DNA from: Candidatus Saccharimonadota bacterium
GTDB taxonomy: Bacteria > Patescibacteriota > Saccharimonadia > Saccharimonadales > UBA10212
Length of the DNA stretch: 64,000 bases
Reading direction: 5' to 3'
NCBI GenBank assembly: GCA_016187125.1
Contig: JACPKF010000001.1
Span: 38,931-102,930 of the forward strand
Part shown: positions 33,027 to 41,071 of the stretch, piece after piece
Position numbering within the stretch: position 1 is the stretch's first letter
Layout of the letters: every line of letters begins with the position of its first letter
Notes under the pieces: generated by a model
Database searches by the model: none
What the model saw: the letters and a program-made list of their open reading frames with translations, nothing else
Told to the model about the DNA's origin: nothing
Translations under genes and position numbers: made by a program

Positions 33027-33135
33027 CAGTCGCTCCTTCCAGTCGCTTGAGGAACTAGAAAATAGTAAATAGAAACTAGCCGACCGAATCCTACAGCTGT
33101 TTTTACTAATTTCTGATTACTAATTGCTAATTTCA
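33027..33135 (-). repeat. rplV-rpsC spacer, family C
   Basis: GAGGAACTAGAAAATAGTAAATAGAAACTAG...TACTAATTTCTGATTACTAATTGCTAATTTC. Confidence 0.65.
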
Positions 33136-33516
33136 CTACTCTGACTCCTTTTTGGTCACGAGCTCTCTTTTTTTACTGACTCTTTTCTCGCCATCGACGA
33201 TGACACGGATGTGGCTAGTTTTGCGGGCAAACCGCAGTGCGCGTCCACGGGCTGCGGATCTATACCTTTTGAGCCGTGATCCTGGAGTGACAGTAATTTC
33301 AGTGATGTTTAAAGAATCAGGCTTAAAATTGTGGTTATGCTCAGCGTTAGCTCGTGCGCTAATTACGGCCTGCTTGACTGCTTCCGCGGCTCGTCTGGGT
33401 GTATGATCAAGAATCACAATAGCATCAGCGACACTACGTCCACGCACCAAAGCTGCCACTACGCTAACTTTACGCGGGCTCATTCTAACACCTTTATAAA
33501 TAGCCTGGACTGTCAT
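33136..33516 (-). CDS. rplV: 50S ribosomal protein L22
   Basis: [37 protein letters not shown]. The ATG overlaps the rpsS stop. Confidence 0.9.
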   Translation of the reverse strand: MTVQAIYKGVRMSPRKVSVVAALVRGRSVADAIVILDHTPRRAAEAVKQAVISARANAEHNHNFKPDSLNITEITVTPGSRLKRYRSAARGRALRFARKTSHIRVIVDGEKRVSKKRELVTKKESE

Positions 33517-33836
33517 TGCCGTTCTTCTGCCTCGGGCTTAGTAGTTGTATTATCTGCTCCCGCCTCTTGACTTTTTGCTAGTTTGCCACCATGAACTCGA
33601 AATTTACGGGTCGGCGAGAATTCACCAAGTTTGTGGCCAACCATATTTTCGGTAATAAACACCGGCACATGCACTTTGCCGTTGTGTACGGCAATGGTGC
33701 GCCCTACAAACTCTGGCGCAACAGTACAAGCTCTAGCCCACGTTTTAACTACGCTGCGATCATCAGCGCCAAGCTTGGCTATTTTCCTAGCCAACTTGGG
33801 ATCAACGTAAGGCCCCTTTTTTAACGAACGTGACAT
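33513..33836 (-). CDS. rpsS: 30S ribosomal protein S19 (short C-terminal tail)
   Basis: [19 protein letters not shown]...[29 protein letters not shown]. Start re-called to 33836, with GGGAGGAG upstream. Confidence 0.9.
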   Translation of the reverse strand: MSRSLKKGPYVDPKLARKIAKLGADDRSVVKTWARACTVAPEFVGRTIAVHNGKVHVPVFITENMVGHKLGEFSPTRKFRVHGGKLAKSQEAGADNTTTKPEAEERQ

Positions 33837-33943
33837 CGTTAACACTCCTCCCGTTCAGGTATAGGGTATGCCGTATAGGGTATAAAGTATGCAGCTTCAT
33901 TTTTATACCTAATACTTAATACCGAATACGAAATACTCACTAC
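33837..33943 (-). repeat. rplB-rpsS spacer with a TATAGGGTA / TACCTAATAC-type dyad
   Basis: GGTATAGGGTATGCCGTATAGGGTATAAAGTATG...TATACCTAATACTTAATACCGAATACGAAATAC. Confidence 0.55.
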
Positions 33944-34780
33944 TTATTTCCTCTTTCCTAAGTGGCGGCTTCTGATAATAAACTTGTTAGTTGCCTTACG
34001 CCGCCTGGTTTTATAACCCAGGGTTTTTTGGCCCCACGGAGTCGTTGGCGGACGGGCCATGCGGTGACGGCCACCATCGCCACCGCCGTGTGGGTGATCA
34101 GCCGCCGCCATAACGACACCTCGAACGGTTGGTCTGATACCCATACGACGTTTACGGCCGGCGCTGCCGATTTTAATATTCTGGTGTTGCTCATTGCCCA
34201 CCGGTCCGATTGAAGCCATGGAATTGATACCGACCAGTCTAATTTCTCCGCTTGGCAATCGGACTTGGGCAGAGATTTCATCTTTAGCAACTAATTGGGC
34301 GCTGGAACCGGCGGTCCGAGCCAGTTGCCCGCCGCGACCAGATTGAAGTTCAACCGCGTGGATAACGGTACCAACTGGAATGTTTTTTAGAGGCAAACGA
34401 TTACCAATTTTTATGGAGGCTTCTTCTTCAACACTGACTTTTCTGCCCGGTTTCATACCCTTAGCTGCCAGTACATAGTGACGGTGTCCATCTTGATCTT
34501 TAATAAGAGCTATACGAGCGCTGCGGTTAGGATCGTATTCTATTTGTTCGACAGTAGCCGTCGTCCCCGGCGCCAGAGCGAAGTTAAGCAAGCGGTAAAA
34601 ACGACGTACGCCACCGCCTCGGTGGCGGGTTGTGATTCGGCCTTGATTGTTGCGTCCCTCGGAGCCTTTTTTAATCATTGTTAAGCCGCGCAGCGGCTTT
34701 TTGGTGGTAACACTGTCAAAGTCCTGAGTGCTCATGCCTCTTCTGGCTGGAGATGTCGGCTTGTAATCACGAACAGCCAT
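33944..34780 (-). CDS. rplB: 50S ribosomal protein L2
   Basis: 278 aa containing GRNNQGRITTRHRGGG and MAAADHPHGGGDGG. Confidence 0.94.
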   Translation of the reverse strand: MAVRDYKPTSPARRGMSTQDFDSVTTKKPLRGLTMIKKGSEGRNNQGRITTRHRGGGVRRFYRLLNFALAPGTTATVEQIEYDPNRSARIALIKDQDGHRHYVLAAKGMKPGRKVSVEEEASIKIGNRLPLKNIPVGTVIHAVELQSGRGGQLARTAGSSAQLVAKDEISAQVRLPSGEIRLVGINSMASIGPVGNEQHQNIKIGSAGRKRRMGIRPTVRGVVMAAADHPHGGGDGGRHRMARPPTTPWGQKTLGYKTRRRKATNKFIIRSRHLGKRK

Positions 34781-34937
34781 TACTGCGCCTCCGGCTTATA
34801 GGACAAACCTACAGTACTATCACCCCGCAAAACTTGTTTTGCGGGGACCCCGGTTTTTCCTATCGGACCTTTTGGAATAAATCCAAATCCGCCTGGGCGG
34901 ACCGGTCCTTTCTTTTCCCTTAACTTCAAGAGGGACA
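34781..34937 (-). repeat. rplW-rplB spacer, family F (homologous to 30094-30217), plus a CCCCGCAAAAC..GTTTTGCGGGG hairpin
   Basis: GGTTTTTCCTATCGGACCTTTTGGAATAAATCCAAATCCGCCTGGGCGGACCGGTCCTTTCTTTTCCCTTAACTTCAA. Confidence 0.7.
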
Positions 34938-35264
34938 TTACTTCTTCTCCTTCTTGGAGGAATTATCAGAATCGGCAAAAAATGGCAGTTTATCTCCGTC
35001 TTTCAACGTGACATAGGCTTTATGGCTGGCTGGCCGGGCAGTTTTAACAAACTTGCCTCGCCTTTTATAGGATCTAAGCGGCTTGGGCGCGACTTGGTTC
35101 AAACGCACGGCTTGAACGCCTACTTTATATTGGGAAGTAACTGCCCTGGCAACTTCGAACTTATTGATACCAGCCGGCACGTCAAAAACATAGGTGTTTA
35201 GCGTTTCGCTGGCAGCATAGGCCTTTTCACTCAGCCTTGGCTTTAGCGCTATTAGCTTAAACAT
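34938..35264 (-). CDS. rplW: 50S ribosomal protein L23
   Basis: LKPRLSEKAYAASETLNTYVFDVPAGINKFEVARAV. Lies between rplD and rplB. Confidence 0.85.
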   Translation of the reverse strand: MFKLIALKPRLSEKAYAASETLNTYVFDVPAGINKFEVARAVTSQYKVGVQAVRLNQVAPKPLRSYKRRGKFVKTARPASHKAYVTLKDGDKLPFFADSDNSSKKEKK

Positions 35265-35405
35265 CTACAGCTCCTCCAGAGCCATTTAACGTTAGCCATT
35301 TACCGTTTTCCGTACATTTACCATTAGTCATTAACCATTTGTTAACGGTAAACGGATAACGCATGGTGAAGGCTGAACGGTGAAGGGTGAACGAGAAATG
35401 ACCTG
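35265..35405 (-). repeat. rplD-rplW spacer, family A
   Basis: About 90% identical to 36062-36160 over roughly 95 nt (CCATTTA.C.TTAGCCATTTACCGTTTT.CGTACATTTACCATTAGTCATTAACCATTTGTTAACGGT.AACG). Confidence 0.8.
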
Positions 35406-36044
35406 TCATTTCTTTTCCCCTAGCCATTCATGAATAATATCTAAAGCTTTTTTACTGATTACGATTTGATCGGCATTCAAAATATCTAAAACACTTAAAT
35501 AGTTAGTTTGTATGGCTTTGACCAGTGGTAAGTTGCGAGTTGCTCGTTCAACTAGATCATCTTTGAGACTTACAACTAGTAGCACGGAGCCTTGTGAGCC
35601 AATTTTGTTGAGTAGGTTGAGCGTTGGTTTTACTTTGCCGTCCTGGCATTCAAATGTTTCAATAATTTTGATTTTATCGGCTTGAGCCGCCAGACTAAGA
35701 GCCTGACGAAGAGCCAAACGTTTAGCAGAAGTTGTAATCTTGCGAGTGTAATTCTCATTTCCGGTTGGGCCAAAAGCCACACCACCGCCAGTCCAAATAG
35801 GATTTCTGGATGATCCAAAGCGGGCTCTGCCCGTACCTTTCTGACGCCAGGGTTTTTGGCCACCGCCACGAACCTGGCTTCGTTTTTTTGTCTGAGCTAA
35901 ATTTGGCCGGCTGTTGGCCAAATGAGCTAGGTAGACGTCCTTTAACAGTTGATGATTCTTTACATCAACATCGAAAATTGCCTTATCTAGCTTAGCAGGA
36001 GACGAGGCTTTGTTACCGGATTTCGTGAATGTAGTAACAGCCAT
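35406..36044 (-). CDS. rplD: 50S ribosomal protein L4
   Basis: MAVTTFTKSG...RGGGQKPWRQKGTGRARFGSSRNPIWTGGGVAFGP. Start re-called to 36044, with GAAGGAG upstream. Confidence 0.9.
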   Translation of the reverse strand: MAVTTFTKSGNKASSPAKLDKAIFDVDVKNHQLLKDVYLAHLANSRPNLAQTKKRSQVRGGGQKPWRQKGTGRARFGSSRNPIWTGGGVAFGPTGNENYTRKITTSAKRLALRQALSLAAQADKIKIIETFECQDGKVKPTLNLLNKIGSQGSVLLVVSLKDDLVERATRNLPLVKAIQTNYLSVLDILNADQIVISKKALDIIHEWLGEKK

Positions 36045-36186
36045 CACATTGCTCCTTCGGATCCATTTACCATTAGCCATTTACCGTTTTTCGTACATTT
36101 ACCATTAGTCATTAACCATTTGTTAACGGTGAACGAGTAACTCACGGTGAACTGTGAAGGGTAAAAGGTAAAAGATAACGATGTCA
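36045..36186 (-). repeat. rplC-rplD spacer, family A
   Basis: See 35265-35405. In mRNA sense, the arms TTCACCGTTAAC and GTTAATGAC... flank AAATG. Confidence 0.8.
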
Positions 36187-36804
36187 TTACTTTGCCCCTT
36201 TTAATAAAACCAGACCCTTTTTGGGGCCTGGTATTGCGCCTTCTACGCCTATGACACCGAGATCTGGGTTAATAATAGCGATGCGAAGGTTCTTGGTTGT
36301 GACGCGCACATGACCCATCTGACCGGCCATTTTTTTGCCTGGAAAAATGCGTTGGGGGAACATCGAGCCAATCGAACCTGGCCGACGATAACTGCGCCCG
36401 CCGTGCGTTTTACGTCCTCTATGGAAATTATGGCGGGCAATTGTGCCAGCAAATCCCTTGCCCTTTGTAATACCAGTGGCACTGACTTTATCGCCGACTT
36501 CAAAAATATCGGCGCTAAGTTGGTCGCCGATATTTAGCTGGTTTGGTTCGCTAGCTGTGCGGAATTCACGGGTGATCTTTGAGGTGGCTTTAGCCTTCTT
36601 GAGGTGTCCGGCCTGCGGCTTAGCCAGTTTTTTAGCTGTTTCAAAGCCGATCTGCAGGGCATCATAGCCATCAATTTCAGTCGTTTTAACCTGAGTAATA
36701 ACGTTCGGACTGGTTGCCAGCAAAGTCACAGCGGTAGCCACTCCATTGTCTTGGATAATGCTGGTCATACCTAATTTGCGTGTGATCAGTGCTTTCACTG
36801 ACAT
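36187..36804 (-). CDS. rplC: 50S ribosomal protein L3
   Basis: ITRKLGMTSIIQDNGVATAVTLL...TKGKGFAGTIARHNFHRGRKTHG. Confidence 0.93.
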   Translation of the reverse strand: MSVKALITRKLGMTSIIQDNGVATAVTLLATSPNVITQVKTTEIDGYDALQIGFETAKKLAKPQAGHLKKAKATSKITREFRTASEPNQLNIGDQLSADIFEVGDKVSATGITKGKGFAGTIARHNFHRGRKTHGGRSYRRPGSIGSMFPQRIFPGKKMAGQMGHVRVTTKNLRIAIINPDLGVIGVEGAIPGPKKGLVLLKGAK

Positions 36805-37021
36805 TTATTCCTTCTTCTTTAATGATTTTAAATATCAATTCCATTGATACCTTTTTTGATAAATTTAGATAGTCTAAAGTGCATGAGTTGTACAGTATCT
36901 ACTTCTGATAATTGATGTAGACTTGCACTAAAACAAAGCCACTCGGAGTCGCTATCCCTAACAGATTACCATAAACTGCTTGAAAGAGTCAATCCGCTGT
37001 AAATATCACATTAAATAGCAC

Positions 37022-37030
37022 TGCTATACT
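37022..37030 (+). promoter_or_regulatory. extended -10 element (TGC-TATACT), 11 nt upstream of the acyltransferase ATG
   Basis: TG at 37022-37023 and TATACT at 37025-37030. There is no SD before the ATG at 37042. Confidence 0.35.
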
Positions 37031-37041
37031 ACATCCTAAAC

Positions 37042-37830
37042 ATGATTACTCCGCAAGAAATGTTCTGGAAAATCGGTGATAACCCCAACAAACTTCCTTA
37101 TAACTCCCAGATTGAACACCCATTCAGCTACATATTAAATACCATAGTAGCTAATACAATTTGGGGTCTTCGCGGGAACGTTATGACGAGCGGCGTTGAA
37201 AATTTACCCAAAGATGGACCGTACGCTTTGATGCCTAAGCATAGTGATTTGCTGGATATACCGGTAGTCGGGAAAAGTCTTCTAGACTTTACGGGTAACA
37301 CCGCCGCCTTTTTATTCAAAAAAGAATTAAGCGAAGTGGAGTTTAAAAGTATCAGACTAGGACCAATTATCAAATGGTGGTTTGAGCGATGCGGCGCTAT
37401 CATGTATGATCGGCATGCAACCGTAGAACAACAGCCCGAAGTTGCTCAGAAAATAGGCAAGGTCATGCTTCGAGGCGGTATATTTATAAGCTTCATTGAA
37501 GGTACAAGAGTACGTGGTGGTGTATTGGGAAAAACAGATAAAGGAATCGCTATGCTGGCTGTGCAGCACGGCGTTATTCTAATTCCAACAGGAGTGAGTG
37601 GAACCGAAGAGCGCGAAGGTATTTATACCGTGCATTTTGGTGAAGGCTTAAACCAAGAGAGAGTTCAAATAGATCGCAGCTCAGATAACAGAGCCTTCGT
37701 AAAGGCAGCCCGTCGGATCGCCAACGGTATAGACCCCGGTATGCAGGACGCTTTAGAAAAAGCAAGGGCTCGCCGCGGCGAGGAACTAAAAAAACGCAAC
37801 CAACAACTGGTAGTAGTAGGTCGCCATTAA
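37042..37830 (+). CDS. plsC: lysophospholipid (1-acyl-sn-glycerol-3-phosphate) acyltransferase family protein
   Basis: HX4D motif PKHSDLLD and FIEGTR motif. It is a lone plus-strand gene between rpsJ and rplC. Confidence 0.72.
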   Translation: MITPQEMFWKIGDNPNKLPYNSQIEHPFSYILNTIVANTIWGLRGNVMTSGVENLPKDGPYALMPKHSDLLDIPVVGKSLLDFTGNTAAFLFKKELSEVEFKSIRLGPIIKWWFERCGAIMYDRHATVEQQPEVAQKIGKVMLRGGIFISFIEGTRVRGGVLGKTDKGIAMLAVQHGVILIPTGVSGTEEREGIYTVHFGEGLNQERVQIDRSSDNRAFVKAARRIANGIDPGMQDALEKARARRGEELKKRNQQLVVVGRH

Positions 37831-37918
37831 AAAATAGATTATTGTGGTTTCGGCGCTTGCCCCGCAGGTTTACATTTTTATCTCAGTCCATTCGACAAGC
37901 TCAGGACTTCGATCAGGA

Positions 37919-38323
37919 TTACATCTTGATCTCAGCGTCGCAGCCAGCGGGCAAAGATAGATTCATGAGTGAATCAACGGTTTTAGGTGTGGGATCAGTA
38001 ATGTCTATAAGACGCTTATGAACCCGCATTTCAAACTGTTCGCGACCTTTTTTATAAACGTGGGGGCTTTTGACAACTGTGTAGGTGCTGCGCCGCGTAG
38101 GCAAAGGTATCGGACCGGAAATATTAGCACCAGTTCGCAGAGCCGTTTCGACAATTTGCTTAGCCGATTGGTCAATGACTTTATGATCATAGGCTTTTAA
38201 GCGAATTCGTATCCTTTGTTTGGGCTCATCAGATGATTGCCGTTCTTTAGAAGTAGAAACCTTTGGCTTCACTACCGAGCTTTGTTTGACTTCCGTTCCG
38301 GTTTTTTTATTCTCAGCTTTCAA
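37919..38323 (-). CDS. rpsJ: 30S ribosomal protein S10 with about 30-aa N-terminal extension
   Basis: [41 protein letters not shown]. The TTG start overlaps the upstream stop (TTGA), with AGGAG 8 nt upstream. Confidence 0.88.
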   Translation of the reverse strand: MKAENKKTGTEVKQSSVVKPKVSTSKERQSSDEPKQRIRIRLKAYDHKVIDQSAKQIVETALRTGANISGPIPLPTRRSTYTVVKSPHVYKKGREQFEMRVHKRLIDITDPTPKTVDSLMNLSLPAGCDAEIKM

Positions 38324-38682
38324 TGATTGCGCTCCTGAATGAACCGTCCTAGAACGCCAACTACATATGACTTCGAATCAGACTCACTCGCAATTTCTTC
38401 AATAGCGTCCACTCGAGATTTAACAGGATTGTTAAATCCGGTATTATATTCTAAATCATCATTAGGCAGCACATCCACGAATGTGTATGGTCTACCATTG
38501 GGATAAATCCTTAATCCCATGCGACCTCTATACAATGCTGATGCGGGCTCAGTTGGCATTAACCACTCTCCGCCACTGCCAAAGCCGGGGCCAGAAAACT
38601 TAAATTCTATAGCTTCGAAGTTGCGCCCCCATACATCAGTCTCGCCGAATGTCGGTTCAGATAGTCTTACATCGAGTGGCAT
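38320..38682 (-). CDS. hypothetical 120-aa protein between tuf and rpsJ
   Basis: The ATG lies 4 nt after the tuf TAA, and the stop overlaps the rpsJ start. No family recognised. Confidence 0.45.
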   Translation of the reverse strand: MPLDVRLSEPTFGETDVWGRNFEAIEFKFSGPGFGSGGEWLMPTEPASALYRGRMGLRIYPNGRPYTFVDVLPNDDLEYNTGFNNPVKSRVDAIEEIASESDSKSYVVGVLGRFIQERNH

Positions 38683-38686
38683 TGTC

Positions 38687-39868
38687 TTACTTTACGATCT
38701 TGGTGACGACGCCGGCGCCAACGGTACGGCCGCCTTCGCGGATGGCGAAGCGCAGGCCTTGTTCCATGGCGATTGGCGATTGCAGTTTGACTTTGAAAGT
38801 CACGGTATCGCCGGGCATGACCATTTCTTTATCGGCTGGCAGTTCAACCTCGCCAGTTACATCTGTTGTACGGAAATAAAACTGCGGTTTGTAGCCCTTA
38901 AAGAATGGCGTGTGACGGCCGCCTTCTTCTTTAGTCAAAATGTAAACTTCGCTGTCAAATTCGGTGTGCGGTGTGATAGTTCCGGGCTTGGCCAAAACCT
39001 GGCCGCGTTCGATGTCATCGCGCTCAATACCGCGCAGAAGAATTCCGACATTATCGCCGGCTTGGCCTTGGTCCAGGTTTTTTTTGAACATTTCAACACC
39101 GGTGACTACCACTTTTTTGGTAGGTCGGATACCAACGATTTCTACTTCTTCGTTGACTTTAACTACGCCAGTCTCGACACGACCGGTGGCCACAGTGCCA
39201 CGGCCTTTGATGGAGAACACGTCTTCGATAGCCATCATGAACGGCTTATCAAGATCGCGCTTAGGCTCGGGAATGTATTCGTCCATAGCTTTGACCAGTT
39301 CCATAATGGCCTCTTCGCTGGGCCCGTCGCCGGCCAGGGCTTTAGTAGCCGAGCCCTTGATGATGGGCGCTTCACGGTCGAATTCGTACTTAGCAAGAAG
39401 ATCTCGCACGTCTTCCTCCACAAGTTCAACTAGCTCGGGATCAGCTAGGTCCATTTTATTTAGAAATACCATAATTGAAGGCACTCCCACCTGCTTAGCC
39501 AGCAACACATGCTCACGGGTTTGCGGCATAGGGCCATCGGCCGCCGAGACTACTAAAATGGCACCGTCAATTTGAGCGGCACCAGTAATCATATTTTTTA
39601 TGTAGTCAGCGTGACCGGGCATGTCGACGTGGGCGTAGTGGCGCTTTTCGGTCTCGTATTCCTGGTGAGAAGTAGCAATGGTAATACCGCGAGCTTTTTC
39701 TTCCGGGGCATTGTCAATCTGGTCGTAAGAAACTGGTTTATTAATGTCGCTCGGTAGTTTTTTTGCCAAAACGTGGGTAATAGCCGCCGTCAGTGTAGTT
39801 TTTCCATGGTCAACGTGCCCCATAGTGCCGACATTAAGATGTGGTTTGCTGCGATCAAAATCTGCCAT
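38687..39868 (-). CDS. tuf: elongation factor Tu
   Basis: 393 aa containing [23 protein letters not shown] and NKMD. Confidence 0.96.
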   Translation of the reverse strand: MADFDRSKPHLNVGTMGHVDHGKTTLTAAITHVLAKKLPSDINKPVSYDQIDNAPEEKARGITIATSHQEYETEKRHYAHVDMPGHADYIKNMITGAAQIDGAILVVSAADGPMPQTREHVLLAKQVGVPSIMVFLNKMDLADPELVELVEEDVRDLLAKYEFDREAPIIKGSATKALAGDGPSEEAIMELVKAMDEYIPEPKRDLDKPFMMAIEDVFSIKGRGTVATGRVETGVVKVNEEVEIVGIRPTKKVVVTGVEMFKKNLDQGQAGDNVGILLRGIERDDIERGQVLAKPGTITPHTEFDSEVYILTKEEGGRHTPFFKGYKPQFYFRTTDVTGEVELPADKEMVMPGDTVTFKVKLQSPIAMEQGLRFAIREGGRTVGAGVVTKIVK

Positions 39869-40062
39869 TCTTAAATTTCTCCTTTGTAGAAATTATTTAT
39901 CATTTTTCAATTCACAATTTTCATTGATTTGTCAATTTACATTTTTCATTGTTCGGAAATGATCAATGGTCAATGTGAAATTAATGTTAAATGCCTAATG
40001 TGAAATGTTAAATATTGCTATGCGGGCATAGCAATAGATATGCCCCATGCGATTACCCGTGT
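39869..40062 (-). repeat. tuf 5' leader with a TTCAATT/TTTCATTG-type arm, a CAATGTGAAAT-type arm, and overlapping ATTGCTATGC/GCATAGCAAT and GGGCATA/TATGCCC hairpins
   Basis: CAATTCACAATTTTCATTGATTTGTCAATTTACATTTTTCATTG...CAATGGTCAATGTGAAATTAATGTTAAATGCCTAATGTGAAATG. Confidence 0.55.
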
Positions 40063-40092
40063 ATTATAAGTTAAACTTTGCCTTTTTGTAAA
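40063..40092 (-). promoter_or_regulatory. candidate tuf promoter TTTACA-18-TATAAT
   Basis: Minus strand carries TTTACA at 40092-40087 and TATAAT at 40068-40063, directly after the fabD stop. Confidence 0.4.
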
Positions 40093-40099
40093 GAAGTTA

Positions 40100-41053
40100 T
40101 TAAGTCTCTGAGGACAGATATTGTTCCACTGGTATTATATGGACTAAGTTTCTAAAGTCCCTACGTAATAATTTAGTCAAGGTAGTACCATAACCCACCT
40201 CAACAACATTTTTTGCGCCCTCCTGGATCATTAGACTGACGCCCTTATACCACAGGACGCTTTTAGTGAGTTGAGCGGCTAGGTGTTGACGTATTAACTC
40301 TGGGTCTGTAAGCCTCTGGGCTTGGTTAGAGTAGAATGCGATGTCGACATTAGGTTTCTTGAAATCAAAGTATGGCAGAACGTCTTTATTCATTCTTTGA
40401 CGTGCTTTTTTCATTAGTCTTGAGTGCGCCGCAAGTGGAATATTCAATACAGAAGCATCGATACCGCGAATCTCCAGTCCTTTAACATAACTAACGGCAG
40501 CATCAATATTATCCTTAATACCAGATATTACAACTTGTTTTGGGCTATTTATGTTCGCGACTTGGGTTTCAAAAATTCTTGCGACATCTCTAGCCTTACG
40601 CTGGCTCATTCCTAAAAGGGCGGCCATCCCTCCGCTTGCCTCATGTCCCACCTCATCCATGGCAAGACCTCTTTCTATTACAACTTCAAGATTGTTTTCG
40701 AAGTCGAGTACCCCGGCAGCGTTCAGTGCAGCGAATTCTCCAACACTGTGGCCAGCTACTTTTTTAGGCTTTATTCCTCGTCTTTTCAAAACCTCATGTG
40801 CGGCTGAGGAGGCTACGAAAACAGATGGTTGTATCCAAATAGTCTGATCTAAAGTATCCTGTGGACCATAAAAACTAACTTCTGATACTTTCCTACCAAG
40901 TCTCCTTAAAGTGACCTCATCGGCCCGGTCGTACATTTCACGCACTACTGGGTTAATCTCATACTGCCCACGAAACATTCCAATTTTTTGGCCGCCCTGA
41001 CCCGGAAATACAAAGGTGTCAGGGATAACAAGTTCATAATCCGTAGAAGCCAT
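40100..41053 (-). CDS. fabD: malonyl-CoA:ACP transacylase family protein
   Basis: FVFPGQGGQ, AGHSVGEFAAL (active-site GHSxG), NSPKQVVISG, LAAHSRLMK and VEVGYGTTLTKL align along the whole length with the FabD pattern. Confidence 0.8.
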   Translation of the reverse strand: MASTDYELVIPDTFVFPGQGGQKIGMFRGQYEINPVVREMYDRADEVTLRRLGRKVSEVSFYGPQDTLDQTIWIQPSVFVASSAAHEVLKRRGIKPKKVAGHSVGEFAALNAAGVLDFENNLEVVIERGLAMDEVGHEASGGMAALLGMSQRKARDVARIFETQVANINSPKQVVISGIKDNIDAAVSYVKGLEIRGIDASVLNIPLAAHSRLMKKARQRMNKDVLPYFDFKKPNVDIAFYSNQAQRLTDPELIRQHLAAQLTKSVLWYKGVSLMIQEGAKNVVEVGYGTTLTKLLRRDFRNLVHIIPVEQYLSSET

Positions 41054-41071
41054 AGTTATAATATTTACTCC

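Noticed and set aside
38519-39433. 304-aa plus-strand ORF (and 38964-39575) antisense to tuf
   Set aside because: It lies entirely inside the highly conserved EF-Tu gene on the opposite strand. The protein is low-complexity with no start context. This is a typical shadow ORF.
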